64,000 bases of DNA from an uncultured Chloroflexia bacterium (GCA_963766735.1 CAVYBU010000007.1:69742-133741); one strand, 5' to 3'. Positions 48,939 to 60,722 are shown, numbered from the stretch's first letter. The notes: generated from the letters alone by a model not told the origin. A program made the numbers and translations.

Positions 48939-49674
48939 CGAATGTCGGGTGCAGGTCGACCGCGGCTCCCCTGCGACGCCTGCGGGCGGTCAGGTTGAGC
49001 ATCTCGACGAACACCGAGAAGCCCATCGCCACGTAGATGTAGCCCTTGGGGATGTGGAACCCGATACCGTCCCCGATCAGCGTGATGCCGATCAGCAGGA
49101 GGAACGAGAGCGCGAGCATCTTGACCGTGGGATGCTCGTGGACGAAGCGTGAGATCGGCCCCGACGCGAACAGCATGACTCCGACCGCGATCACCACCGC
49201 GACGATCATGATGACCACGTCGTCGGCCATGCCCACTGCGGTGAGCACCGAGTCGAGCGAGAAGACGATATCCAGCAGCACGATAGTGACCAGGACCGAG
49301 CGCATCGAGGCGGCGGGTCCGGCGACCGCGTGACCCTCGTCCCCCTCGAGTGCCTCGTGAATCTCCGTCGTGGCCTTCCAGATAAGGAACAGGCCGCCGC
49401 CGATGAGGATCAGGTCGCGGACGGACACGGGATGATCACCGATGGTGACCACCGGCTGCGTCAGCCCGATGATCCAGGTGATCGAGAGCAGGAGCAGGAT
49501 CCGCATCCCCATCGCCAGACCAAGCCCGATCCTGCGGCCGCGATCCCTCTGGGACTCCGGCAGGCGCTGAACGAGCACGGAGATGAAGACGACGTTGTCG
49601 ATACCCAGGACGATCTCCATGACCGTCAGGGTGAGCAGGGCGATCCAGCCTTCAGGACTCGTTATCCATTCCAT
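48907..49674 (-). CDS. TerC family membrane protein
   Basis: Multi-pass membrane protein with the TerC signature (GIDNVVFISVL ... LDIVFSLDSV). Confidence 0.85.
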   Translation of the reverse strand: MEWITSPEGWIALLTLTVMEIVLGIDNVVFISVLVQRLPESQRDRGRRIGLGLAMGMRILLLLSITWIIGLTQPVVTIGDHPVSVRDLILIGGGLFLIWKATTEIHEALEGDEGHAVAGPAASMRSVLVTIVLLDIVFSLDSVLTAVGMADDVVIMIVAVVIAVGVMLFASGPISRFVHEHPTVKMLALSFLLLIGITLIGDGIGFHIPKGYIYVAMGFSVFVEMLNLTARRRRRGAAVDLHPTFVKDEPAPDES

Positions 49675-49867
49675 GGCTCAGATCGTACGGTGTGGGGCCG
49701 GTTGCCGCTGGCGATCCCGCCGAAGGCACTACCATCTCCCCGAGATGCCGCCCCGATCACTCCCCGTCCTGGACCTGGTCCCGCCTGCCCTCCCTGCCGC
49801 CGGGCCCCGGGTTCCCGTCACGCCCGATGACGAGCGCCTGACCGAGTTCCGGCCCGAGACGAGGGCC

Positions 49868-51421
49868 ATGCCGTCATTCCTCGTCTGGACGCTGGGCTGC
49901 CAGATGAACAAGAGCGATTCGGAGGAGATGGCCGGCCGGCTCCTGGCCGCAGGCTGTCCCGAGGCGGCATCGATGGACACGGCCGACCTGGTGATCATCA
50001 ACACCTGCGCCATTCGCGAGGCCGCGGAGGCGAAGGTCATCGGCCGCCAGGGTCACCTGCGCACCCTGAAGATGGCCAATCCGGGGATGCGCGTGGTGAT
50101 GACCGGGTGCTCTGTCCGGGAGACGAACCGGTCCGGCCTCAAGCGGCGCTACCCTGCCGTGGACCTGTTTCTGCGGCCCGACGAGGAGCCCGAGCTTGTC
50201 GATCGGCTGGGGCTGGCGTCCGCCCAGGCGCCGGTTGGCGCGCTGGCTCAGGTTGGAGCGTTTCCGGCAACCGCAGCGACAACCCTGGTCAAGGGCTCGC
50301 CCGTCTCGGACGCGACACACCTGGTCCGGGCACGGGCCGATGCGGTGGCCGGAGGTGCCGTGAGCAGGGTCTCGGCGATCAGCGCCTGGCTGCCGATCAT
50401 CTACGGCTGCGACAAGACCTGCACCTACTGCATCGTGCCGTTCAGCCGGGGTCCCGAGCGGAGCCGGCCGTTCGACGAGATCGTGGACGAGGCGCGCGCG
50501 CTGGCCGCGGCGGGCTACCGGGAGGTCACGCTCCTGGGCCAGAACGTCAACAGCTACGGCCACGACCTGCCGGCGGAGGAGCGGTTCGGGCACGTCAACA
50601 GCACGCGGACCGTGGGCCGGCCCCAGGACCGAGCGGCGAGACCCGACCTCGCGGAGCTGATCCGCGCCGTGGATGCCCTGCGCACGGCCGATGACGGGGA
50701 CGACGTGCCGGCCATCCCGCGACTGCGCTTCGTGACCTCACATCCGTGGGACCTGTCGGACCGGCTCATCGAGGTCATGCAGGACTCCCGATCCGTCTGC
50801 GAGTCCCTGCACCTGCCCGTCCAGTCGGGCAGCGACTCCATGCTCCGTCGCATGGGCCGCCAGTACACCATCGAGCACTACCGGGAGCGGCTGACGCGGA
50901 TCCGCGAGGCCGTCCCCGGGATCGCGCTGTCCACCGACGTGATCGTCGGGTTCTGCGGCGAGACGGAGGCCGAGTACGAGGACACGCTGCGCCTGCTCGA
51001 GGACATCCGGTATGACCAGGTCTTCGCGGCGGCGTACAGCGAGCGGCCCGGAACACCGGCCACCAGGCTGGCCGATGACGTGCCCGTTGCCGAGAAGCGC
51101 CGGCGCCTCGTCGGACTTCTGGACGTACAAGAGGGGATCGGGCTCGAGCGGAACCGGGCCTGGCTCGGTCGCACCGCGGACGTCCTGGTTGACTCGGTGG
51201 TCCCGCCACGCACGCACGACCACGGTGACGATGACGATGCCGGAGCCTCCGTGTCCCAGGACGCCTTTGCGCTGTTGCCCGAAGGCGTGGCCCACCTCCT
51301 CGGGCGCTCGCGCGAGAGCAAGCTCGTCCACGTGGCCGGCTCGCCTGACCTGCTGGGGCGCGAGGTCCGCGTGGTGATCGATCACGCGGGACCGTACGCG
51401 CTCCGGGGGACGCTGGCCTGA
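49868..51421 (+). CDS. miaB: tRNA (N6-isopentenyl adenosine(37)-C2)-methylthiotransferase
   Basis: UPF0004 N-terminal Cys triad, the radical-SAM motif CDKTCTYC and a TRAM C-terminus. I prefer the ATG at 49868 over the track start at 49583. Confidence 0.9.
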   Translation: MPSFLVWTLGCQMNKSDSEEMAGRLLAAGCPEAASMDTADLVIINTCAIREAAEAKVIGRQGHLRTLKMANPGMRVVMTGCSVRETNRSGLKRRYPAVDLFLRPDEEPELVDRLGLASAQAPVGALAQVGAFPATAATTLVKGSPVSDATHLVRARADAVAGGAVSRVSAISAWLPIIYGCDKTCTYCIVPFSRGPERSRPFDEIVDEARALAAAGYREVTLLGQNVNSYGHDLPAEERFGHVNSTRTVGRPQDRAARPDLAELIRAVDALRTADDGDDVPAIPRLRFVTSHPWDLSDRLIEVMQDSRSVCESLHLPVQSGSDSMLRRMGRQYTIEHYRERLTRIREAVPGIALSTDVIVGFCGETEAEYEDTLRLLEDIRYDQVFAAAYSERPGTPATRLADDVPVAEKRRRLVGLLDVQEGIGLERNRAWLGRTADVLVDSVVPPRTHDHGDDDDAGASVSQDAFALLPEGVAHLLGRSRESKLVHVAGSPDLLGREVRVVIDHAGPYALRGTLA

Positions 51422-51448
51422 GCGACCCAGCCGCGGCTGGCGGCCGGG

Positions 51449-52386
51449 ATGGACCGCTGGCGCCCCTCGTCGTCATCGGCGGGCCCACCGCCACGGGCAA
51501 GACCGGGCTGGCCATCGCACTTGCCGAGAGGCTCCTGGCGCGAGGAATCCCGGCGGAGGTGGTCTCGGCGGACTCGCGCCAGGTGTACCGGGGCCTGGAC
51601 ATCGGCACGGCCAAGGCAACGGCCGAGGAGCGGGCGCTGGTCGTCCACCACGGGATCGACCTCGTGGAGCCCGATCAGCCCTTCTCGGTGGCCGAGTTCA
51701 GGGCGCATGCCCTGAGTGCGCTCGAGGCGCTGGGGTCGCGCGGCGGGATCGGGATCCTGGCCGGCGGGACGGGGTTCTGGCTGCGGACGGTGTTCGCGGG
51801 CATCGACACCGATGCGCTGCCCTCCGACGGGGAAGTTCGCGGCCGGCTGGAGGCCGAGCTGACGCGTGACGGGGTGGCGTCGCTGGCCGATCGGCTGACG
51901 GCGCTGGCGCCAACCCTGGCGTCGCGCACGGACCTGCACAACCCGCGCCGCGTGGTGCGAGCGCTGGAGATCGCCTCGCTCCAGGGCGATGCGCCGCTAC
52001 CCGAGCCCGTGGGCTACCCAGGGCCGGTCCTGGGCCTGCAGCTGGTGGTGGATGCTCCCGAGCACCTCCGTCGCATCAGCGAGCGAGCGCGTGCCCAGTT
52101 CGACGCCGGCCTGGTGGGCGAGGCCCAAGCCTTGCGCGAGCGATTCGACCCGGCGTTGCCGGCCTTCTCCGCCATCGGCTACCGCGAGAGCTGGTCGTAC
52201 CTCGACGGCGAGCTCACGCTCGAGCAGGCCATCGAGCTGGACGCGCGCCGCAACGTCCTCTTCGCCAAGCGCCAGCGCACCTGGTTCCGGTCGGAACGGA
52301 CGCTCGCGATCCTCGATGCCACCGAGGACCCCGCCCAGTCGGTGGCGCCGCGGTTCGATGCCTTCGTCGACTCGACGCTGACCTAG
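51449..52386 (+). CDS. miaA: tRNA dimethylallyltransferase; 5' end appears frame-shifted at codon ~4
   Basis: The P-loop LAPLVVIGGPTATGKT and the rest of MiaA lie in frame 1 (track ORF 51559..52386). The only plausible start, ATG 51449, is in frame 2. Restoring one C in CGCTGG gives MDRLAPLVVIGGPTATGKT. Confidence 0.7.
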
Positions 52387-54356
52387 GCGGCTGCCGGAAC
52401 GACGGTGGGCACCGGGAGCGAGGTGGGCTGCCGATCGACACGCAGGTTGGGCCCATGCCTGAAGAGGAACAGGGTCAATTGCGCGCGCTCTGAATGCTGA
52501 CCGGGCAGGAACTCGAGGCCGTGCTGGTATCCACCGCCCTGCTCGTGATGAACCGAGCGAACAATCGCCCTGAGCATGATCGACACCCCGTCGGGATCGA
52601 CGGTGAGGTTGATCAACGAGCCTGCCGCGCTCTCGATCGCGGCGACCACCTTCGCCCCGGCCACGGACACGTCGCGTGTTTCGGCCACCAGGCTGTCGAG
52701 GAGAGCCGGGTGCTCGACGTCAAACCTGACGCTTGCTCGACGCTCCGGCGCGTAACGCAGGGAACGGATGCGATCGATGGCCAGCCAGGTGAGGACGACG
52801 TTGAACAGCATCCACCCGAACGCGGCGACCACCGCGCCCTGTTCCGCGTAGGTGACGGGTGTCCGACCGAGGAGGGTCAGCGCGAACCACGCCCCGGCAA
52901 GGACGGATCCGACCAGTAGCCCTGAGAGGATCGCCGGCACCCGGACGCGCCGCCGCTCTTCGCCCTGTCGCCCCTTCGGGGTCACGACGAACGTCGGTCG
53001 CCTGCGGGTGACCAGGGTCAGGGTCGCTCGCAGGTTCGAGGTCATGCGCACCAGCTCGAACACGATGGACAGGACGGTGCGATGGCAACCCCGGCTCAGG
53101 GCCTTGAGAGCCACCTGCTGCAAGAGGAACGTCACCAGGAACGCCGCCGCGAACGTGAGGAGGTCAGCCCGGATCGGAACCACGCCGGTGATCACGACCG
53201 CGATCGGCAACAGCGCGAACCCCAGGGTTCGCCAGGCGTCGAACCAGCCCAGGAGCGTTGAGGCGTAGGCCAGGCGCTGCGGGATCGTCAGTCCCCCGAC
53301 CCAGAGTGGGTCTTCGCCGCGGAGCACCTGCATTGCGCCCGTGCCCCAGCGAAGACGCTGGAGCTGGTAGGTGTCGGCGTCCCCGGCCGCGAGCCCGCGC
53401 GCGAGAACCTCGTTGTGGTACACGGTGCGCCAACCCCGGCGGTGGAGCCGAATCGTCGTGTGAATGTCCTCGGTGATCGTGTCCGTTGCCACGCCGCCCA
53501 CGTCGCGCAGGGCGGCGACGCGGACAACGGCCCCGGTCCCGCACCAGAACGCGCCGCCCCAGCGGTTCTTGCCCGGCTGCAGCATGCGGTAGAACAGGGT
53601 CTGTTCGTGGAACCGCTCGCCGTCGCCGGTGACCGCTTCGTGCTCGAAGGAGTCGTGGTTGTAGAACTCCTGCGGCGTCTGGACCAGGGCGAGCCCCGGG
53701 TCGTCGAAGTAGCCAACGGTGCGGACGAGGAAGTCGGCATCGGCCACATGGTCGGCGTCGAGGACGGCAATGAGGTCTGCCTCCACGACCGTCAGGGCGT
53801 TGTTGAGGTTGCCGGCCTTTGCATGCAGGTGCTCGGTCCGAGCCAGGTAGCGCACGCCGAGGTCCCGGGCAAGCTGTTCGACCTCGGGACGTGCCCCGTC
53901 GTCCAGAACCCACGTTTCATGAGTGAGCCGCATGGCTGCCGCCGCCGCGACCGTGGGCAGCAGGATCTCGATGCTCTCGTTGTAGGTGGGCACCAGGACC
54001 GCGATCCGCCATCCGGACTCGTGAACGTCGCGATGCGGAGGCCGGGAGTCGATGTTCCACAGGGAGAACGTGAACAGGGCCAGGCCGATCGTGGCGTGGA
54101 TCTCAAGCACAACCAGCGGGATCGATGCCCACAGCGCGTCGGGGTTCAGCGTTGAGCTGATGCGCCAGGTCAGGTACGCGACGCTGACGAAGAGCGCTGT
54201 AACGGCTGTGACCCGGATCGAAACGCGCCGGACCAGCGACTCCGGCTCCGGCAGCGATGGGGCAGGAACAGGGGCACGCATCCAGCCGAAGGCTTCAGCG
54301 AAGAGCCGGGTGGTAGACATGACACGACTCTCCGGTGCGGTGCGTCCGCGCGCCAC
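52383..54356 (-). CDS. processive GT2 beta-glycosyltransferase of the cellulose-synthase (BcsA-like) family with C-terminal PilZ domain
   Basis: Motifs VLDDG, DADH, TITEDIHT (TED) and QLQRLRW (QxxRW) are present. There are multiple TM helices. The C-terminal PilZ signatures are RRASVRF and DVSVAG. The true start may be the ATG at 54320. Confidence 0.8.
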   Translation of the reverse strand: MARGRTAPESRVMSTTRLFAEAFGWMRAPVPAPSLPEPESLVRRVSIRVTAVTALFVSVAYLTWRISSTLNPDALWASIPLVVLEIHATIGLALFTFSLWNIDSRPPHRDVHESGWRIAVLVPTYNESIEILLPTVAAAAAMRLTHETWVLDDGARPEVEQLARDLGVRYLARTEHLHAKAGNLNNALTVVEADLIAVLDADHVADADFLVRTVGYFDDPGLALVQTPQEFYNHDSFEHEAVTGDGERFHEQTLFYRMLQPGKNRWGGAFWCGTGAVVRVAALRDVGGVATDTITEDIHTTIRLHRRGWRTVYHNEVLARGLAAGDADTYQLQRLRWGTGAMQVLRGEDPLWVGGLTIPQRLAYASTLLGWFDAWRTLGFALLPIAVVITGVVPIRADLLTFAAAFLVTFLLQQVALKALSRGCHRTVLSIVFELVRMTSNLRATLTLVTRRRPTFVVTPKGRQGEERRRVRVPAILSGLLVGSVLAGAWFALTLLGRTPVTYAEQGAVVAAFGWMLFNVVLTWLAIDRIRSLRYAPERRASVRFDVEHPALLDSLVAETRDVSVAGAKVVAAIESAAGSLINLTVDPDGVSIMLRAIVRSVHHEQGGGYQHGLEFLPGQHSERAQLTLFLFRHGPNLRVDRQPTSLPVPTVVPAAA

Positions 54357-54469
54357 GAACCGGAAGGACTACTGGCAGCCGCCGAATGGCGGATGGGCGC
54401 CAGGCCCGGCGGGTGCCCGGTGCCGTGTCAGGCGGCCGTGATCAGGTCAGCCGGTATGCTGGCCCAACC

Positions 54470-55788
<1,319 letters not shown>

Positions 55789-55792
<4 letters not shown>

Positions 55793-56394
55793 CGTCGCGT
55801 TCCTCCCAGGCGGGTCCGTTCGTGCGCCGGGCCGGAACGGGCCGTCTCCCCGATGGGCGTCGCGTGACGTGGACGGTGGCCGATGGGCGTCGCGGGCGTC
55901 GCTGGCGGGCAATCACCACCTCCGGGGACCGGCTGCTGCACGCCGTGCTCGTGGAGGTCTCGCCCGACGGGACCCTGGCCAGGGTCGAGGTGGCGGCGCC
56001 CGGCGGGCTGCTGACGCTTCATCCGGAGGCAGACGCGTCGATGCTGCACGGGAACGTGGTCCGCGCGGAGGGGATCGAGCACGTCGCGCTCCCGTGGACG
56101 CCTGGCCACGTTCTGATGGTCGGTGCATCGCCGGTGACCGCCGCGGTCGCCGCGGTGCAGCTCGCGGCACGGGTCGGGGTGGGGGAGGGGGTATCCGTCC
56201 CGGCGGTCGAGGTGAATGACGCATTGACGATCCGGCAGGCGACCTGGCGCGCGGCGAGGACCGGGGCACATCGATGGCGATTGCTTGCGGCGGACGGGGG
56301 ACCGTCTGTCCTGCTGGTGCTGGGCGAGGACGGCATGCCCGCAGGCCTTGAGCAGGGCGGAGACTGGCCGCTGGAGCTCACGCCGGACCAGTAG
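55789..56394 (+). CDS. hypothetical protein translationally coupled to hflX
   Basis: The ATG overlaps the hflX stop (ATGA). The 201-aa protein has no motif I can assign. The track ORF 55591..56394 is a longer in-frame extension. Confidence 0.5.
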
Positions 56395-56582
56395 GGGAGC
56401 CCGTCGTGGACGGAGTGTGGACAAGCGCGCCACAAATGCCGTCACGCAGGAATCCTCGTGGATAACGCCGTTGTAGCGGCCGTCGGTCGCAACGTAGTAT
56501 TCGTCTTGCCCGAAGGGGCGGACGAACTGGCGACGGACCCGCGAGTGCTTGCACAAGTGGGGACGAACGGAGCCGCAGATGC

Positions 56583-56900
56583 TTGCATCAGCGGTACCGG
56601 CGCCGGGGAGGAAGTTCCTTCGGGCATTTCGTTGTCCCCAACTCGACCTTTTCCGTCGAGGAGCTGGACCTCGCGTTACAGCCGCAGCTGGTCGAACGCG
56701 AGGGACTGCCATACGCAGCCGCGCTTCTGGCAGGTCGAGCTTTCCTCGAGTACAGGAGGAGGGGCGGAACCCGGACGACCCCGATGCCCGACTTCTTCAT
56801 CGGCGGCCACGCGTCCGTGGCCGGGTACCGGCTGCTCACGCGCGACGCATCGCGCTATCGCAGGTACTTCCCGACGCTCGAGCTGATCGCGCCTGAGTAG
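56583..56900 (+). pseudogene. VapC/PIN-domain toxin, C-terminal fragment only
   Basis: ...PDFFIGGHASVAGYRLLTRDASRYRRYFPTLELIAP matches the C-terminal third of VapC toxins. No N-terminal PIN half (with the first catalytic Asp) is found in any frame upstream. Confidence 0.5.
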
Positions 56901-57009
56901 AGGGGCCGGCTCAGAAGGTGCTGCACAGCTGCCTGACGGACCCGCCAGACCCGCTCACCCCCACTCCCGGGCGTGGATTGGCACTACCGATAATGTGAGT
57001 TATGTCCGC

Positions 57010-57240
57010 CTAGAGGCGCGCACCTGGTACGAAGTCGCCCGCGAGCCACCGAACGAAGAGCATTGCGTGGCGGTGGTAGGTCTCGACGGTAGCGTCGCTC
57101 AGACCCGCTGATGCGATCGTCTTTCGATACATTGAGGTCTGGGCAACGAGGTCCGGGACCGTCACGGGGCGGATCGGCACGGGGCGTCCGACTGCGATCA
57201 TGGCGCGAGGCCGATATGCGCCCTCACGCCACCCGAGCAT
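57010..57240 (-). pseudogene. tyrosine recombinase/phage integrase N-terminal (SAM-like core-binding) fragment
   Basis: ...LSDATVETYHRHAMLFVRWLAGDF resembles the integrase N-terminal core-binding domain. No catalytic domain follows. Confidence 0.4.
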
Positions 57241-57586
57241 GCCGGCTGCGATGGCCGCCGGTGCCCGGCCGATGGGCGCCGGCGTGACCTACCACGACAC
57301 GGAGTACCGCGAGTCGGACTGCGACGTCGAGATCTGGCTCGAGGTCGCCACGCCCGTTGCCGTGCCGGAGCCCCTCACGTGCCGTGGGGTCCCCGAACAG
57401 GAGGTGGCGCTGACGACGCTCCGCGGCGACTACGCGGGCTTCTCGGAGGCAGCCATGTCGCTCGCGGAGGCGATGGTGGCGGAGCGCCTGACGGAGGCCG
57501 GCCCGATGTCCAGCCTCTACCTGGTTGGTCCGGCCCAGGTGGCGAACCCGGCAGACTACGTGACCGAGATCTGCATCCCGATCTGA
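57200..57586 (+). pseudogene. GyrI-like effector-binding domain protein, probable C-terminal fragment
   Basis: ...LYLVGPAQVANPADYVTEICIPI is a typical GyrI-like C-terminus. The first half of the domain appears to be missing. Confidence 0.35.
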
Positions 57587-59018
57587 GTCACCCTTGATCC
57601 GTCACGACCCGGTAGTGTGCTGTCAGAGCGCGCCTCGTAGACCACCCGGGCAAACGGCCAGTCGCGGTCGAGCCAGTCCGAGACCACGCGGTAGAGGGTC
57701 GCGTCGAGATCGGCGTCCGCCGCGCGCACCCAGGACCGAACCGCGGCGCCGGGGCCGTCTTTCGCGGGGTAGATGTAGAGGCAGCCGATCACCTCGTCGA
57801 CGTCCGGGGCAAGCACCGTGAAGGTGAAGCCGACGCGGGCGACGAAGTCGGCGGCGTGGCGTTCGAGGTCGCCCAGGTTCGCCTCGAGCGTCATCGCCAT
57901 CGGCCAGTCCCTCCCCTCCCAGCCCGGCGTCGCGTGGATGTGCTCGATGCTCGACGACCAGGCAGCGAAATCGGACACGTTGTGCTCCGGGCCGAGCGGA
58001 CGGAGCCGGAACTCGGGCGCGTCGAGTCCGGTAGGCGGGACGAACGACGGAACGACGAAGAGCTCGGCACTCACCTCGGCACCGCGTGGCCCCGGGCGAA
58101 CCAGTCGAGGACGCGCATCGCGCGGAGCGTGTTCCAGCGGCTCGGCTTGCCCACGCCGACCTCCATCTCGAAGTGGACCTCGCCCTCGCAGGACGTTCTG
58201 GAGCGGCCACCGGCCGTCGGCATCCCGGGCCGCTGCGACGATCCCGATCGCCTCGGCGACGCGCTCGTCCGGCCTGACGCCGGCGTCGCGGAGGTAGTCG
58301 AGGGCGCGCAGGACGTCGTAGTGGTACCAGTGCGGGAACGAGAACTGGAGCCAGGTGGGGTCGATCACCTCGCCGGTCGACTTCCGGCGGAACAACCGGC
58401 GCTCGAGCAGGTAGGCCTCGCCGCGGCGGCGGGCCTCCCCTACCCTGGCCGAGCCGCCGATCGCCCGCTCGTACTGGAGCAGGCCCTCGAGGACGTTGAT
58501 CGTCGTCTCCAACGACGACACCGTCGCGCCGCGCTCGACCTCGCAGTTCCAGCCGCCGTCGGGAGCTGCTCGCCGAGGAGCCGGTCCACGAGCGGCGTCA
58601 TGTCCACGCCGAAGTACGAGCCGGTCGAGACGACGTTGCCGTTGATGCACGGCTCGACCTCGCCCTCGAAGAGCCTGTTGTCGGCCCAGGGGGCGTCCGC
58701 CCAAGGGGAGCCGTCCCGCCAGATCACGTGCTCGAGGACGAGGCCGACGGCCCGCCGGGCCTGCTCGCTCTCGGGAGGCAGTCCCAGCAGCCGCAGCAGC
58801 TCCAGGACGTGGAATGTGTCGGTCAAGTCGTGCGACCAGGCCTTGCCACCCCACAAGCCGTCCGGCGCCTGGAGCGCGAGCAGCCGGGCGCCCCAGCCCT
58901 CGGTCGCGACCCGCGACCGCTCGGCGGCGATGACGTCCGCGGGCTCGTGCGGAAGGTCCCGCATCACCTGCCAGCGGATGGAGGGATCGGATTCGAGCAG
59001 CCAGTCGATGACGGTCAT
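57556..59018 (-). CDS. prenyltransferase/squalene-cyclase-like (alpha-alpha toroid repeat) protein with GNAT-like C-terminal region; frame broken by a single-base deletion near 58561
   Basis: Track ORF 58440..59018 reads up to ...DRLLGEQLP. Track ORF 57556..58854 resumes with DGGWNCEVERG ... DADGRWP (QW-like repeats) and ends with a GNAT-like block (VIGCLYIYP). Restoring one C in the CCC(C) run joins them. The Arg-rich segment at 58075-58200 may hide a further break, or a GNAT gene may start at the GTG at 58074. Confidence 0.45.
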
Positions 59019-59188
59019 GTCCTACCTCGCTCCAGCTCCCCCGATTGGCCCCGGTTTCGAGGCCGACAGGCTAGCTGAGCGCCGCCCGGATGTCTGTTGG
59101 CGGGCGCGGCCCCCGTGAGTAGGCTGTCTCGTACACCTACGAACCTGGTGATGCGACTCCCCGAAGCATCCCCGCATGGAGGCGCGCC

Positions 59189-59770
59189 GTGGCCGAGGTC
59201 CTTCTGTTCCACCACGCTCAGGGGCTGACCCCCGGCGTCCGCGCGTTTGCCGACGAGCTGCGGGCCGCCGGGCACACGGTGCACGCGCCCGACCTGTTCG
59301 ACGGACGCACCTTTCCGTCGATCGACGAGGGCATGACCTTCATCGAAGCGGCCGGGTTCGACGACCTCCGGGCGCGCGGCATCCGCATGGCCGACGACCT
59401 GCCCGAGGATCTCGTGTATGCCGGGTTCTCCTTCGGCGTGACGATCGCCCAGCAGCTGGCCCAGACGCGACCCGGAGCCCGCGGAGCGCTGCTCTTCTAC
59501 TCCTGCGTCCCGATCAGCGGTGAGTGGGCCTTCGGACCCTGGCCCGACGGAGTCGCGGTCCAGATCCACGGCATGGACAACGACCCATTCTTCGTCGGCG
59601 AGGGCGACATCGACGCAGCGCGGGAGATCGTCGAGAAGGCCGAGGACGCGGAGCTCTTCCTCTACCCCGGCGACCAGCACTATTTCGCCGACAGCTCGCT
59701 CCCGTCGTACGACGCTGGGGCCACCGCGCTGCTCACCCGCCGGGTGCTGGAGTTCCTGGACCGAGTCTGA
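59189..59770 (+). CDS. dienelactone hydrolase family protein
   Basis: 193 aa with an alpha/beta hydrolase pattern and an HHAQG N-terminus typical of the DLH family. Confidence 0.75.
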   Translation: MAEVLLFHHAQGLTPGVRAFADELRAAGHTVHAPDLFDGRTFPSIDEGMTFIEAAGFDDLRARGIRMADDLPEDLVYAGFSFGVTIAQQLAQTRPGARGALLFYSCVPISGEWAFGPWPDGVAVQIHGMDNDPFFVGEGDIDAAREIVEKAEDAELFLYPGDQHYFADSSLPSYDAGATALLTRRVLEFLDRV

Positions 59771-59843
59771 TCCGACCGACCGCCGTCGATCGCGTGTACC
59801 CTCGGTGTCCAGGCGGGGAGCCGCGCATGCGACGATCAGCACC

Positions 59844-60722
59844 GTGAACCGTCTCCTCGTCGTCGACTTCGCCAACATCGCCCACCGCGCCTACTTCGCG
59901 GGACGCGGCAATCCTCTGTTCGCGCCGGACGGGCGGCCGGTGTTCCTGGTCAGCACGTTCCTGCGCTTCGTGCTCGCGCGGATCCGCGAGGAGAAGGTCA
60001 CCCACGTCGCGCTGGCGTTCGAGAGCACGACCGGCTCGAGACGCCGCGAGCTGCATCCCGACTACAAGCCGCGCAAGGCGCCGGAGCCCGATGACCTCGT
60101 GGTGCAGCTGCGTGACGCCAACATCACCGCGGGCCGCATGGGCTGGGCCCGGTATCGCGCGGAGGGTTGGGAGGCAGACGACGCGATGGCCGGGATCGCG
60201 GACGCTGCCCTCGCGGCGGGCTTCGACGAGGTCCTGCTCCACACCGGCGACCACGATCTGCTGGGCATGGTCAGCGCCCGGGTGGCGGTGCTGATGCCGC
60301 GTACCGGTGGAGGCGTCGACCGGTACGGGCCCGCCGAAGTCGAGGAGCGGAGCCCCTACCGCGTGCCGCCGGCACTCGTTGCGGACGTGAAGGCCCTGAT
60401 GGGCGACGCGACCGACGGCTACGGCGGGGTTCGGGGCATCGGGCCGTCGGTGGGGCCGGAGCTGGTGCGACGTTTCGGGTCGCTGGCGGCCCTGTACGAC
60501 CGGATCGAGGAGGTCGAGGCCGTGGGCGTGCGCAACCGTCTGCTCGCCGGGCGCGCAGACGCCTTCCGCTGCCTCGATCTCGCCACGCTGCGTCGCGGCG
60601 CTCCCCTCTCCCCTGCCTACGATCCCGAAGCGGGGCGTGTCGGTACGCACGATCCGGATCGTGCCTCCGCATGGCTCACCCGCATGGGCCTGGAACATCT
60701 GATCCGCGCCCTGGGCCCGTAG
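59844..60722 (+). CDS. 5'-3' exonuclease (Pol I N-terminal/FEN-like)
   Basis: GTG start. VVDFANIAHRAYFA ... EADDAMAG ... TGDHDLL ... DGYGGVRGIG (helix-3-turn-helix) motifs. The track start at 59520 is an upstream extension. Confidence 0.8.
   Translation: MNRLLVVDFANIAHRAYFAGRGNPLFAPDGRPVFLVSTFLRFVLARIREEKVTHVALAFESTTGSRRRELHPDYKPRKAPEPDDLVVQLRDANITAGRMGWARYRAEGWEADDAMAGIADAALAAGFDEVLLHTGDHDLLGMVSARVAVLMPRTGGGVDRYGPAEVEERSPYRVPPALVADVKALMGDATDGYGGVRGIGPSVGPELVRRFGSLAALYDRIEEVEAVGVRNRLLAGRADAFRCLDLATLRRGAPLSPAYDPEAGRVGTHDPDRASAWLTRMGLEHLIRALGP

Noticed and set aside
59019-59188. GTAC ... GAAC hexamers (TCGTACACCTACGAAC) upstream of the dienelactone hydrolase, considered as an SOS box
   Set aside because: Not palindromic on checking. 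No match to LexA or Cheo consensus.
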